Shown piece by piece: positions 12,772 through 26,066 of a stretch of DNA of 64,000 bases. The position numbers and the translations under genes are program-made. The notes beneath the pieces are model-generated. The model ran no database searches and was not told the DNA's origin. It was given only the letters and a program-made list of their open reading frames with translations. Origin of the DNA: Nageia nagi (taxonomy: Eukaryota; Plantae; Pinophyta); the NCBI GenBank assembly GCA_050084985.1, contig JBITNC010000002.1:13206001-13270000 (forward strand), given 5' to 3'. Position 1 is the stretch's first letter. Each line of letters begins with the position of its first letter.

Positions 12772-13120
12772 AATCCTCCCCTCCCAAATTGCTTGTCCTT
12801 AAGCAATTCAAGGCTGGATGCATAAGGATCTCTGACCCTTGCCATGTAGCATCTTCAACTGGTAAGCCTTTCCATTTTATCAGGTACTCTTTGATGACTC
12901 TATTCCTCAAGATTTTTTCCTTGGTCTCCAAGAGGGTTTCAAGTTCAAGAATCAGCTTGCCTTCTTCATCAAGTGGGGGTAACTCCGTAGATGGAACCAC
13001 ATGCTGTCCTAAGGCCTTTTTGAGGCATGAAACATGAAAGACATTGTGGATCTTGCTATTGCGTGGCAACTTTAACTCATGCAACTTCTCCCACCTTGCG
13101 TATGACCTTATATGGGCCAT
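12767..13120 (-). pseudogene. Integrase C-terminus with chromodomain (frameshifted piece)
   Basis: IHNVFHVSCLKK and EYLIKWKGLPVEDATW; the frame runs through the PPT and stops inside the LTR. Confidence 0.9.
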
Positions 13121-13259
13121 AAAATCGTGGTCTTAGCTTCTCCTTCCCACTTTTCTTCAATGTGGACTGTCTATAGGGCTGCATTCGTAAGTAGACCATA
13201 TCTCCAACTTCAAATTGGCATTCTGTTCTTTCTTGATCAGCATATTTCTTCTGCTGGTT

Positions 13260-16184
13260 TTATGCAAGTTGGATGTTATCTTTTAGGGTCTTCAATATAT
13301 TCTGATTTTCTTCCACAAAGTCTTTAGCTTTAGGTACCCTACTATCATTGATCAACAAGTCAATAATGTTAGGAGCATTATATCCATACAAAGCCATAAA
13401 AGGAGACATCTTAATGGAGATGTGATATGAGGAATTGTAGCAAAACTCCCCTAAGTGCAACCATTTTATCCATGCACGTTGCTGCCCTGAAACATAGTTC
13501 CTTAGGTAACCTTCTACCCATTTGTTCACTATTTCTGTTTGTCCATCAGTTTGGGGATGATAACTTGTACTTGGGGTTAGTATTGTACCACACAATTTAA
13601 ACAATTCTTGCCAAAACAAACTCATGAACTTGCTGTCCCTATCACTTACAATATTTTTAGGTATGCCATGGAGTCTAAAGATTTCTTTGAAGAACAAGTC
13701 AGCCACTTGAACTGCTGTGTATGAGGTGGAAATGGCATAGAAATGTGCAAATTTGGTCAATCTGTCCACTACCACATAGATGCAATCTTTACCTTGTACT
13801 TTGGGCAAACCAGAAATGAAGTCCATGGATATACTTTCCCATTTTTGTGTGGGAATGGGCAATGGTTGTAGCAATCCTGCTGGTAATGTATTCTCTCCCT
13901 TATTTTCTTGGCAAATAATACATTCTCTTACATGTCTAAGAACATCATCCTTCAACCCCTTCCATGTGAATCTTTCTCGCAGCTGTCTATATGTTTTAAA
14001 GAAGCCAGGATGACCAGCCATTGGTGTGTCATGCATTGCCTCAATTAATTTCTCTTTTAACTTTGAATTGGGCACAAGAAAAATTCTATTTTTGTAGAAA
14101 ATCAGTCCCTTTCTAATGTTGTACCTGTCATCTTTCAAGTGGCCATCTATGAGACGTGATGCTAATTCATTCTTGGTATATTCAACCATGATGGCAGCTT
14201 TCCAATCGTCAATAATGATGGATGTAGAGTGAAAGGAGGGTGTTCTTGAGAGTGCATCAGCTGCTGTGTTCTTTTTCCCTTTTACAAATTCAATGTCAAA
14301 ATCATAGGATTGAAGCTTAGTTACCCATTTTTGTTGTCTCTCATTCAAATCTTGCTGTCCCAAAAAGTATTTAAGACTGTTATGATCAGTCCTTACTATG
14401 AACTTGCCACATACCAAGTATTGTTTAAATTTGGCTAATGCATGCATAATGGCAAGCATTTCTTTGTCATAAATACTGAAAGCCTTTTCATTGGGTTTGA
14501 GTTTTCTACTTTCAAAGCAAATTGGCTGTCCTTTTTGCATGAGAATAGCTCCTATCCCAAAGCCTGATGCATCACAATCAATAGTGAAAGGTAAGGAAAA
14601 ATCTGGAAGTGCAAGTAGTGGACAAGTGGTCATTACCTCTTTCAATTTTGTGAAAGCCTTGTGGGCCTCCTCATTCCATGCAAATGCATCTTTTTTTGTC
14701 AATTCGGTCAATGGAGCTGCTAAGGCTGAAAACCCCTTGATGAATCTTCTATAGTAACTGCAAAGACCCAAGAATCCTCTCAAATGGGTCAAGTTGGTTG
14801 GTGTGGGCCATTCTTGAATAGCTGCAATTTTGTGTTCATCCACTTGTACCCCTTTGTTACTGATTATGTGTCCCAAATAGAGAATTTCAGTCAACCCAAA
14901 TTCACATTTGGATTCCTTAGCATAGAACTCTTCTTGCTCCAAGATTCTTAGAACTGTTTCCAAATGCTTCAAATGGTCTTCCCAAGAATTGCTATAGACA
15001 AGGATGTCATCAAAAAATACTAATACAAATTTTCTCAAATATTCTCTAAATATTTGGTTCATAGCTGATTGGAAAGTGGCGGGAGCATTTGTCAAACCAA
15101 AGGGCATCACCAAAAATTCGAAATGACCATAGTGGCACCTAAAGGCAGTTTTGTGAACATCCTCCTCATTGACTCTAATTTGGTGATAGCCAGATCTAAG
15201 GTCAATCTTGGAAAAATACATAGCTCCATGCAATTCATCCATGAGCTCATCCACCCTAGGAATGGGGTATCTATTCTTGATGGTTTTTTTATTAAGGGCT
15301 CTATAATCTATGCACATTCTCAATGTTCCATCTTTCTTTTTGGCCAATACAACGGATGAGGCAAATGGGCTTGTACTTGAACGAATATGGCCTAGAGCTA
15401 AGAGTTCATTTATGATCTTTTCAATTTCATCTTTATATATCTTTGGATGCCTATAGGGGTTAATCATGATGGGTTTGGATCCATGTTCAAGTTCAATGGC
15501 ATGTTGGAAACCTCTATGTGGTGGCAAACCTTTGGGAACTTCTTTGAAAATTTTACTATGCTTGCTTAGTAAAGTTTGAATGCCGGAATGATGAAAAACA
15601 CAATGAGTGGATGGATGAGTCATACCTTTTAATGTGAAGATTTGGACAGCCCATACGAATTCTCCTTTTTTGAGGATCTTCTCCATTCTTTTATTTGTCA
15701 CCTTTTGGGTCATGTGGTCTTTGACTCCTTGCAGCACCACCTCGCGTCCTTTATTTTTGAATTTGAATTGCAATGTTTGGTGGTTGGTAGTATAATCACC
15801 CAAGGGAAACAGCCATTGTACTCCCAACACTATTTGAGGTACTCCCCCCAATGGAAACACATAAAAATCTTCTTCAATTGAATGCCCATCAAACTCGATT
15901 TTCAAGTTAGTCACATATTTGTTGCAAGGTACAAGGTTCCCATTTCCAGTAGCCACATTAAAACCAGCAAAGAGTTCTGATTTTAGTTTCTTTCTTGCCA
16001 CGAATTCCTCATCTATGAAGTTATGGGTTGCCCCACCATCAATTAATGTGATCACTTTTTCCCCTAGAATTTTCCCGGGTACTTTGATGGTGTAAAATTG
16101 GTTGGCACTATTCAAGGTAGCCAAGTTTCCTGTGTTGGTGACTGTATTTGGAACAACAGTCCCTTCATTGGTGAAATCTTCCAT
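13260..16184 (-). CDS. pol: Ty3/gypsy Pol (protease, RT, RNase H, integrase core), 974 aa, truncated by a premature stop
   Basis: [61 protein letters not shown]...CIIC and HPQTDGQTE. Confidence 0.95.
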   Translation of the reverse strand: MEDFTNEGTVVPNTVTNTGNLATLNSANQFYTIKVPGKILGEKVITLIDGGATHNFIDEEFVARKKLKSELFAGFNVATGNGNLVPCNKYVTNLKIEFDGHSIEEDFYVFPLGGVPQIVLGVQWLFPLGDYTTNHQTLQFKFKNKGREVVLQGVKDHMTQKVTNKRMEKILKKGEFVWAVQIFTLKGMTHPSTHCVFHHSGIQTLLSKHSKIFKEVPKGLPPHRGFQHAIELEHGSKPIMINPYRHPKIYKDEIEKIINELLALGHIRSSTSPFASSVVLAKKKDGTLRMCIDYRALNKKTIKNRYPIPRVDELMDELHGAMYFSKIDLRSGYHQIRVNEEDVHKTAFRCHYGHFEFLVMPFGLTNAPATFQSAMNQIFREYLRKFVLVFFDDILVYSNSWEDHLKHLETVLRILEQEEFYAKESKCEFGLTEILYLGHIISNKGVQVDEHKIAAIQEWPTPTNLTHLRGFLGLCSYYRRFIKGFSALAAPLTELTKKDAFAWNEEAHKAFTKLKEVMTTCPLLALPDFSLPFTIDCDASGFGIGAILMQKGQPICFESRKLKPNEKAFSIYDKEMLAIMHALAKFKQYLVCGKFIVRTDHNSLKYFLGQQDLNERQQKWVTKLQSYDFDIEFVKGKKNTAADALSRTPSFHSTSIIIDDWKAAIMVEYTKNELASRLIDGHLKDDRYNIRKGLIFYKNRIFLVPNSKLKEKLIEAMHDTPMAGHPGFFKTYRQLRERFTWKGLKDDVLRHVRECIICQENKGENTLPAGLLQPLPIPTQKWESISMDFISGLPKVQGKDCIYVVVDRLTKFAHFYAISTSYTAVQVADLFFKEIFRLHGIPKNIVSDRDSKFMSLFWQELFKLCGTILTPSTSYHPQTDGQTEIVNKWVEGYLRNYVSGQQRAWIKWLHLGEFCYNSSYHISIKMSPFMALYGYNAPNIIDLLINDSRVPKAKDFVEENQNILKTLKDNIQLA

Positions 16185-16199
16185 TGTGCATTCATTACT

Positions 16200-17464
16200 A
16201 GGTTCATTCTCATCATCGGATGCTTCATCATCAGAAATAACTTCAATATAATGAATTTACCCCTTACCTAAACAACGGTGACCAGGTACCCATGGCTTCT
16301 TGCAGCTGAAACAAAGATTCTTCCTTCTAAGTTCATTTCTTTCATCATCCAATTTCCTTCCATGGTGTGGCGATGGTGGACCCCTAGTTGTATGTGGTGT
16401 AGGTCTTCCCATGGGCTGGTTTCTTTGGAAAGCTGATCCTCCCCTTTGGAATGTATCTCTTCTTTGAAATGGGGTTGCAATGTTAGCTCTAGGAGGTGGT
16501 AGAGTAGAAGGCCTTGATCTAGGAAAAGCAGATGATTCAAGAGCTAGTGCCCTCCTAAAAGCATCTTACAATGTGGGTGGTTCATGAGCTTTAACCAAAC
16601 CCTTTAGTGGTTCTAGTAAGCCTTCAATGAAAAGAAAAGACACCCTTCTATCAGATATATTGGTCACCATAACTGAAATCTTCTGAAATTCTTCAATATA
16701 TGCTTCAACAGTTGTTGTTTGTTGTAGTGTGGCCAGCTCCCTAAAGTACTCTTCTTCATCTTTCTTTTCAAATCTATCCAAGACTCTTTGACTAAATTCA
16801 TCAAAGGTAATAATTTCTTCATGTCCTTGTGTTGTGAGGCCATGATGCCACCAATCATATGCAGCTTCTTCAAGGTAAATAGTGGCAAATTGGATTGCAT
16901 CTTCTTCGGCTATAGGACAAAGAGTAAAGTAGGTTTGCAACTTTTGTAACCATGCTCTAGCTGTCATATTCTTGCCATTGAACATAGGAACTTGCATCTT
17001 TTGAAAATGCTTATTATCATAATACTTGCTATTTCTACCAATCTTCTTTCCCAAAATACTTAGATAGCTCTCAAAAGAAACTAAGTCTTTAAATTCAGTA
17101 GACTTACCTTGGTAATCAACGAAGTATATCTCCATTTCTTCAGTTGCCAAACCTTGATCAGTTCCTTGTTTTGGCACGAACATGGGTCTTGAAGGTCTAG
17201 GCAAAGGAGGATGACCATAACGAACTGATCTTTCACTCCCTTGGTCATTCGCTAGTGTCCTAACTGTTTCCTCTTGTTGTGGCTGCGTTTGGGGTTTGGA
17301 GAGCCCATCTATTTTTTTGACCGAGTTAGTAGGTCTACCATTGTCTTGAGCTCATTTGGTGGTTCTTCCATGCCTTTGATTTCTTCAACTACTTGTTTTT
17401 TGAAGTTTGGATCTGCTGTTCACTGCGAATCCTTCTTACTTTTTCTTGTGTAGTAATGTTGCAT
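16200..17464 (-). pseudogene. gag: Chromovirus gag (Retrotrans_gag plus zinc knuckle), with stops
   Basis: MQVPMFNG, AAYDWW, TVEAYIEEF and CFSCKKPW..GHRC; TAA stops at 16566 and 16257. Confidence 0.9.
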
Positions 17465-17506
17465 AGACTCCCTCACAGGCTGGCAAGAGACCAGCTCTGA
17501 TACCAC

Positions 17507-18187
17507 TGAAATATCCCAATTATTACTCAAGATTTTTGGGCATAAAAACTAGATCTGTTACATGCTATCTTTGACTTCAAACTCCAACTGTAACAGCACT
17601 TTTATTACTTAATAATGATGACAGAATTCTGATCTTATAACAGCAGTAATATAGGAATTAAATCGCATGAAAGAGACCATAGAAGCATTCATTCAAGAGT
17701 AGATAACAAGAACAATGAGTATATGAGATCAAATCTTCAATACGCAAGTAATAAGACTGTTATTTCTGTAACAATTCTGTAACATTCCTGTAACAATATT
17801 TAGGGCATCCAAAATATGAGTCTCCTCACAAATTCTTCAAAATGCCACTTCTAAGGCTGTTGGGCGCATCCCTAGGCCAAAGAAGGATGAGAAGGGCACA
17901 TCCCTAACTCAAGAAAAGTAGATATCAGAATTTGATTGGATGATTCCTTGAAAATGAGAAATGTTTTTGCTTAAATAGCCACTAAATGTCTCCATAAAAG
18001 CCAGCCGACCAGCCTTGCAAGAGAAAACTAGATTTCCAAGTGGTTTTGCCGACTTGAACATGGATAATGATTCCAAATACAATTCTTTACATTTTTTTTT
18101 TCTTTTGATAAATGCCAAAATTGTAAAGTACTCCTAGATCTAGAAATTGCAATGAAAATGAAATACAAAGAATTTTGGGACATTACA
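17507..18187 (-). repeat. 5' LTR of the young chromovirus
   Basis: Near-identical to 12091-12771; PBS adjacent. Confidence 0.97.
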
Positions 18188-18192
18188 ATCAT

Positions 18193-19160
18193 TTCTTTGT
18201 GTGAGTACTCCAACTAGCAAGTGATCTGATGCAAAAGTGTAGAGGTAGAACAACTTCTTGTAATCTGGACTAGTTAGTACAAGTGCACCAGAGATTGCAT
18301 CTCTAATGTCCTGAAAAGACTTTCGTGCTTCAACTTTCCATTCTATTTTAGCATCTTTCTTCAACATTTCGTTGATAGGCTTTATAATTTCCGAAAATCC
18401 TGAGATGAATTTTTGGACAAAGTTTATCTTCCCCATGAACGATCTCACTTCTCTCAAATTGGAAGGATACAAAATTTTTTGTATAGCACTTACTCTTTTT
18501 GGGTCTTTAGAAAGCTCGTGCTCTGAGATGATATGACCCAAGAGTTTTCCTTTCGTAGTGCCAAAGATGCACTTCTTGGGATTTAAAGTTATGCCAAATT
18601 CTCGGCATCTTTGAAAAATCCTCTTTAAGTCTTCAATATGTGATTCTCTTTGTTTGAAGAAATAGTCAAATCATCCATGTAAATGATGATTGATTTTCCC
18701 ACTAATCCTTTAAATGCAAAATACATAGCACACTAAAAAGTCACCTCGGCATTGATTAACCTGAACAACATCCTGCTGTATGCGAACGTTCCCCATTTGG
18801 TGGTGAACACTATCTTCAATCTATCTCACGATCTATAGGATTTCATCAAGTGAGGGCAAAGGATAGTTGTCTTTTCTTAGATGCCCGGTTTAGGTGCCTG
18901 AAATCTATGTAAATTCTGATTTCATCGTTCTTTTTGAGAACGAGAACAATGTTGGCAACCCAAGATGAATGTCGTACTGGAAAGATGATCCCTGATTGTG
19001 CTAGCTTTTGGACTTCCTGAAATATTATTGGCTCTAGCAAAGCATTCACTATTCTTTGTCGTTGTCTGAATGGCTTTGCTTTAGGCTTTAATGGAATCGT
19101 ATGAGTGATGATCATGGAATCATAAGTTTTCAAATGTTCATACTTCCATGCAATGATGTC
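18193..19160 (-). pseudogene. pol: Tat reverse transcriptase and RH linker
   Basis: SSWVANIV, IRIYIDFRHLN, YMDD-like motif near 18680 and EVRSFMGKINF. Confidence 0.9.
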
Positions 19161-19467
19161 AATGTACTATTTGATGGTTTCTATCATATCTTTTCTTTCT
19201 AAACCAATACAAGACTTGCCGATCAAAACTTCTCTTCTTTCTGACTCTGTACCAATGTTGACTATGTCGGCTTCCTCGACATCTATCTGACTAGTCACTC
19301 TTTCACCATGAATCATATCTTGGTCAAAGAGTCTTTCAAGTGATACTATACCCCTTGGGATCTTATTGGTTTTCAACTGGATGATCCCATCTTCTAGATT
19401 CTTCAACTCTTCTTCGTTGAAATTCAATTGGTCTTCGTCGATTTCTTGGGAAGTAAACACCCCTTAG

Positions 19468-20021
19468 CTAACCATGAATTCCAAAATCTATTGTTTGGAA
19501 ATTTGTGACATTATCAGGTATGGAAGGTGTTAGCACCAGCTCTATGTTAAATCTGTGGAGTGTAGAATCTTGCATTGGGTGCAAAGTACTTGCAGCTATT
19601 GCTAAGGCATCAATCATCATGTTCTTCTTTCTAGGAACAGTTTTGATGTTGAAGGCCTCAAAGCAATCTATCAAGTCCCATGCTCTTGTTTTGTTAGTGT
19701 GTAGTCTTGGATTTTTGCAAGTATATATGCCTCGTATTTGCTTTACTACCACTTTAGAATCTCCTAACACTTGTAAGTGTTTGATTTTCTTAAAAAGAGC
19801 TAACTTCAAGCTGTGTATGAGAGCTTCATACTTGGCAGTGTTACAAGTGTTTGGGAATTGCAATATGTAAGATGCATATTAGGGCTCTGCAATTCCACAT
19901 CGGCTCCACTTCCTTGCTTGGATTTTGATCCATCAAATCTGAGTGTCCAAGACTTGTCTTCGGGATCCTTTTTGGATTTTGATATTATCGATGAAGCTTC
20001 CCTCTTGAATCTGATTATCAC
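19468..20021 (-). pseudogene. Additional (archaeal-type, aRH) RNase H located between protease and RT
   Basis: WTLRFDGSKSKQGSGA, CNTAKYEALIHSLKLA, VLGDSKVVVKQI and VPRKKNMMIDALA. Confidence 0.85.
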
Positions 20022-20250
20022 TGGCTCTAACTAATCAAGATCTGATTTTTTTGACTCTTCTTTGATATCAAGCACGTACACTTTGGTATCTTCTTCAACA
20101 AATGCAATTTCATTCATATTGTTATACTCAATGATAAGCTTAGTGAGTCTTGGCTTGGCTTCTATCTTGATCTGATTTGCAATTCCTTTCCATGGCAACC
20201 ACATGTGGGACCAGTCTAATACCCATTTAGATTTTTTGACCATTTTCGGC

Positions 20251-22700
20251 TTAGGACTCTGTATGTGTTTGAATCTCTACAACCTGGATGTCAATGCATT
20301 GGGTAATGCAAGGTTCTGATGCACTTTGTATATGAACGTCTCTAAGCATTTCTACAACTTTAACTTCTATTTTGTCCAGTTGGGTAACTTTTCTAGAACT
20401 GTTCATGATGAAAATTTGCAATCTTTTCCAAATACCATATGGCATGATAATACCTTGTGCTCTTGAATCAACTAAACAATTATGTACATTTTTGCCTGCG
20501 ACCCTCAAGGTCAATAGAAAAGGAGATACTTCACTTTTCTCTTCTCTTCTTGCAACTGAGAAGGCATTTGTCTCGGTGGGTTCAGCTAACCATTTTTGTT
20601 TAGTTTTCTTGAGTTCTCTCAGTAATAAATATTGTTGTTTGGGCATCTGAAAGACATCATATAAGGTCCAAGTAGCTTTGATCTTTTTAAGATCATCCAC
20701 GATGTTGTAATTGGATCCACTAGATTGAATGATCTCTTCAGCTGGTGCCTGGTTCTTCGGTTGGATGGGCGATTGTTGCTGAAGTTCTTGAGGTGGTGCT
20801 CTTAATGGTTGAGAGTGTGTTGCTTGTGAAGTTCTAGCAATGGTTTGATCGACCTTTTTCACAATTGGTTGTGCAACACTCTCTACAAGAGGTTGCACAA
20901 TCCTTTCTACAATTGGTTGCACAATCCTTTGTATAGTTGGCTGTGTAATTCTTTCTACAATTGGCTGCACAGGTGGAGGATTGTTTGACAAAGTAGTATT
21001 AGGTGGAAGCTGAGTACTATTCAAAGGTCGAGATGAAGTTAGTGGTTCTCTATTCCTCGATCGAAAATTGTAACCTTGTTGACCAGAGGGTGCTTGCTGA
21101 GTAGCATATGTCTGATACTCTTGATGAGAATCAGGTTCTTTGTATAGCTGATCTGTAACATACACTTCATCTTTGGTATTCAATTATGTGATGGTTTCCT
21201 CCTCAACACTTCCAAACATTTCGGTTACTAAGACTTGATTAGGATCATCTTGAGAAGTGTTTGGTCCATCATTAGGTGTCACCTCCATGTTTTGGATTTC
21301 CTGTTGAAAGATGTTTAATGCAGCTATGAATTCAAGGCATCCAGATTCACCATGAGCAACTGTAGAGTGAATTCTACATCAATTGGGTAATACTACACTG
21401 GTTAGATCAACATTGTTAATCTGGTTGGTATTATTGTTGTTATTATCACTAGATTTGAGACTATTCCATTATTAGGACCAAAATTCCAGTTTCTGTTAGG
21501 CCTTTGGAAGTTGTAGTTCTTGGGCCTGTCTCCTTGATAATTTTGACTTTGATTATTATGAAAATTTTGATTGTTCTGGAAATTTTGTCCATAATCATTT
21601 TGGTAGTTTTGGCTTCGATCACCCTAATGATTTTGGCCTCGATCACCTCTTTGATCTTGGGTTTCTTGTTTCAGCTTCATTTGAATCATATCATTCATTA
21701 ATTTTTGGATCATTTTCTATAATTCATAAAAGTCTGGTGTTTGTCCGGAAGTGCTAGCGGTATTAGTAGCTAGGTTGGCTACTAGGATAGTTGGAGTGAG
21801 AAATGGAGTTTGAAATGGAATATTGATAGGTTAAGGGTGTATGATTGGTGGAAGAAATGAAGGATGAGGTAATGCTTGATTGGTATTTATAGATTGGGTG
21901 TTCACGAATGAACTTGTTTGTGGTGCAACCGTAGCACTAACAGGATTTATATGAGGAGTCTAAGCATACGGGTAGTACAAAGGAGCAGGAGGGTTAGGGT
22001 GGAGTGAATTATCAGACATAGCAAATGAAGGCATACCTTGTGAAATAGGATTTGATGGGTATGCATTTGAAGGATGTATTACCTGTAATGTGCTAATATT
22101 CATTTGGCCAACACTCTGAGGATTAAGTTGTTGCTCCACTTTCATGGCTTCTGCATCAACCATCGGCAAGGTAGTCATTGAAGTCTCTCTCCTTATGAAA
22201 GATGAGGTACAAGGATCCAAAGCTTTATAATACACTGTGAGAGAAAAATCTTCTGCCACTTTGCCGGGATCCACCAGTTTACTATACGCCTTTGCAAATC
22301 TATCATTGAAATTTCTCAAGGGTTCATGTTTTCCCTTGAGATAGTGGTGAAGTTATGGTACATAATGGTAGGATCTGTGGGCAATTTGAACTAATTAACA
22401 AATGCTTGTTCAAATTGGTCCCACAAAGTGATTGATCCTTCAGCTAGGTTATCATACCATAGATTAGCATGTTCATTAAATGTAGTTGGGAACATATTAC
22501 ATGCTACATCTTCATGCTGGACTCTTAATCTGGCAAGTCCGTTCTTGTACCGTTGAATAAGTTCTTCAACCATTATTGGGTCATTATGCTGATATTTTGG
22601 AAGATACTTATCTGGGTTCTTTGGAGGATCATTCGCCTGCATTGTGAAATTAATAGGACTTCCTTTCAACTAATTTGGTACTGGTGCTGCCATCGTATTG
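20251..22700 (-). pseudogene. gag: Tat gag, low-complexity linker and protease
   Basis: HEDVACNMFPTTF..WYDNL..SITLWDQF (gag) and CLVDSRAQGIIMPY (decayed DSG protease motif). Confidence 0.85.
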
Positions 22701-23166
22701 CTATGATGCTGAGATATTTGAGCACTTTGTGACAACAGGTTACTCGAATTCTGAGATATTTGAGTACTTGTTGATGGGTTACTACTCGGATCCTGAGATG
22801 CTTGAGTACTAGGTAACACGAATGGTTGAGGGATGTATTGTAGGATCAGTTGTGTGATGTTAAGGCCAATAACCGATAATGTAGCAATATCCCTTGTGGA
22901 AGTTCTATGCGAAGGCGGTGTGTTAGAACTTGATAAAGTGAATTCAGATACTAGGCTATCTGGAGTCTAATCTCTATCAATAGTCAACTCCCTTTGATCC
23001 ACTTGTTCTACTTCCTTAGCTACTCTAGATGCTCTGGTACTATAAACAAACTTGTTTTCTCTTTTAGGTCCCATCTTGAAGTCTTCAAAGAAAGAAAATA
23101 AAAGAAAAATAAAAAATAAAAAAGAGAAGAAAACAAGTTCTACACAAGGCAGAAAACAATTCTTGG

Positions 23167-23180
23167 CCCTCCAAGCGCCA
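23167..23180 (-). promoter_or_regulatory. Non-Met PBS of the Tat element
   Basis: TGGCGCTTGGAGGG lies 5 nt after the LTR end ...CCGACA; tRNA identity not determined. Confidence 0.7.
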
Positions 23181-23185
23181 ATCTA

Positions 23186-26066
23186 TGTCGGTGCATAGAT
23201 AAGGAGGTGTCTAAAAAAAATCAGTTGGCAACTAGTAATCAAGGCTTAATAAACAACAATCAACCCTCCTTCTAGTGATAATATATGTTGGGATGGAAAC
23301 CTTTCCTATCGGCCTATGATTGCCTGCACATGATCAGGACGGGGAAAGCACCCAACATTTAGGTGAGATAGCATAACTCATCTCCTCTTCAAAGGATTGA
23401 AACCCCAAGTTTGATTATATTCCTATTGAAGTAGCACAATTTTATATGGTTAGGGGAATGAACTCAACTAGTTTGATAGAGGTAGAAGCTGTTAACTCAC
23501 ATTTTTTATAGGTACAAGATGTTTTTGCATGCTCTTTAGTGGGTATTTGACCTAAAAAGTGCTATAGGGGTGCATTTTGCATAGTTTTTAAGTTTTTGGA
23601 GCCTTCAAACACTCCATAGGATTGCAAACCTGCACCTGACTTTTTGAGGCACTTCCTTGGGTCAAAATGAAAAAATTCAAAGTTTAAATGTGATTCAAAT
23701 CACTTCCTTCACCCATCTATGTGCCCAAAATCGAATTTTGATGACTTTTGGGGCTTTCTCCTTGCATCTAGGTGCCATTTTTCATTTTTTTGGGTTCTCC
23801 AATGGCTTGCAAACTTGCGCCTAACTTTTTGGGGCATTTTTAGTGCTCAAATTCGAAAATTTTCTGACCTAAACATGCTTAGAATGCCCTTTTCCATGCA
23901 ACCATGTGAAATTTTTTTATTTTTTTGCAAAATTTTCACTCCTCTTCATGCTAGGCTTTGATTTTCACTTCATTCGATTTAGAAAACTTGGCAAACTTGT
24001 GCCTAGGATTATGGGCCACTTCCCTTGCTCAAATTTGAAAATTTGCAAGTTTAAATGTGTTTATTTTCATGTTTTCCATGCATTTGACCCCTTAGGTTCG
24101 AATTTTGAGGTAAAAACTTGAATCTTCTTCATCTTAGGTGCTAGATTTCATCCCATTGGAATTCCAATAGCATCAAAACCTACGCCTACCTTTTAGGAGC
24201 CCTTTCATTGCCCAAAATCGAAATTTTGCAAGTTTAAATGTGCTAGAAATGGGGTTTTCCAAGCAATTGATACCTTGGGATAAAATTTTGATGCATTTTT
24301 CACTTATCCCTCCAAGTTAGGTGCCATTTTTCATCCCTATGGAATTAGAAACATTTGCAAACCTGCTTCTAGCCTTTGGAGGGTCAAAACTTGCTCAAAA
24401 TCAAATTTTTCAAGACCTAATTATGCTAGAAACCACATTTTACACCTAGTGGACCCCTCAAACTTGAGTTTTGACCAACTTTTATCAAATTTCATGATTT
24501 TAGGCGCCATTTTTAATCCCATTGGATTTCCATAGTTCTCAAAACCTGCACCTAGCCTCTAGAGTGCCCAAATGTGCTCAAAATTGAAAAATTTGAGACC
24601 TAAATGTGCTAGAAATCATGTTTTCCTTGGTACCAAGCACTTAAACTTGATTTTTGATAAAAAACATTCCATCTTGTCTTTCTAGGTGCCATTTTTCATC
24701 CCATTGGAATTAGAAAAACTTGGAAACTTGCGCCTAGCATTCTGGAGGTCTTTAATTGCTCAAAATAAAAAATTTCGAGACCTAATGCGGCTTAGAACCA
24801 TTTTTTCCACTCATTCATGCATTTAGATTTTATTTACAATACATTTTCATTTTTTCTTACTTCCTAGGTGCCAAAATGCACTTCTACGGATTTCCCATAG
24901 GCTTGAAAAATTGCGCCTAGCCTTAAAGTGCCTTAGACTTGGTCAAAATCGAAAATTTCAAGTCCTAATTGTGATAGAATTCACCTTATCTCTCCGAATA
25001 CACTCTTGGACTCGAATTCCGATACCATTTGTATTTATCGATAAGAAACTTGCACCATTTTTCCTTGAGAAAATGTGCCTAGGGCTACAACTACTCAAAC
25101 TTGCATTTTCGAACCATTTCGAACTCAATCTTTGCATTTCCAATCACTCTCGATGTTTTCGATCTCAAACTTGATCAAAATGCCCTTTCTGGCACCTTTG
25201 AGCTCAAACTCTGCATTTTCGATGATTTCTAAGGTTAAACAATGCAAAAATGATCATTTCTACCTTTCCACGCTCAAAGTTGTCATTTTTCATCATTTCC
25301 GGCACTTATGGGCTCAAAGTATCCAATCCTGCCCATTTCCAGCACTCCGGGCCCTTAGCATGAAAAAATAACTTTTTTCAGCATTTTCGAGCATTTATGG
25401 CCATTCTAGGCTCAACCCGTCACTTTCGGTCATTTTTGAGCTTTTCGAACTCAAATCATGCAAAATGCATGTTTTTTTCCACACTAACCATTTCTGGGCC
25501 CAAAAGTGACCAAAATGCGCTTTTCACCTTGCCCTTTTCTAGCCTTTTGGGGTCAACTTTGACAAAAACATCCATTCATCCTTGTCATTTTCAAGGAACC
25601 CGAACTCTAAGTTGACAAAAAATGCTAATTTCTGTCACCTGGGTACCTTAGCACTCAAATTCTGCAAAAATGCACCTTTCTATTGCACTAGGCATTTGTG
25701 AGCTCAATCTTTGCAAAAACGCACCCTTTTGTCAACTTTGCCAATCTTGTGCTCAAATGCTGAGAAAATGCACCTTTTTCGCTCTGTTGGGCACTTGGTG
25801 CAAAACTCCCTTTCTGGTCACCACCGTGATCCAAAACTACGTCCTACTTGATGTTGCTTGAAACCGGACCATGAATGGCCCCTAGACTCAATGAACTAAC
25901 TTGGTGTCTTTGTGGATACTTGTGTGCACTGCTTCGCCACCCAGTCGCTCTGATTTTTCTCTGTGGTAGTTGTCTAGTCATCTCTAGACAATGCCATCCA
26001 TTGCCTTCAAAAAAAAGTAGGGTACCCAAAATGTAGCATCTTGGGGTGTGTTGTGCGGGTTGAACA
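23186..26066 (-). repeat. ~2.9-kb 5' LTR of the Tat element
   Basis: TGTTCA...CGACA on the minus strand with a TATA-like CCTATAAAA at ~23505. The right edge interrupts a copia integrase frame. Confidence 0.75.
23600..25000 (+). repeat. ~183-bp tandem array (~8 units) inside the LTR
   Basis: Anchor AAACYTGCGCCTAG at 23626, 23811, 23993, 24176, 24359, 24542, 24724 and 24907. Confidence 0.88.

Larger units (their letters stand above)
12091..18187 (-). mobile_element. Young Ty3/gypsy chromovirus (Reina-like), full length
   Basis: 681-bp LTRs at 12091-12771 and 17507-18187, with TG...CA ends and 2 mismatches found. TSD ATCAT at 12086-12090 and 18188-18192, PBS-Met at 17494-17505, PPT at 12772-12790. 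Confidence 0.97.
9716..26066 (-). mobile_element. Ty3/gypsy non-chromovirus Tat-clade element (GAG-PR-aRH-RT-RH-INT), decayed, interrupted by the element at 12091-18187
   Basis: 5' LTR 23186-26066, PBS starting TGGCGC, and domain remnants in the stated order. The RH frame rejoins across the nested insert (VLTQRND|EDLEKPIAF). Confidence 0.88.
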
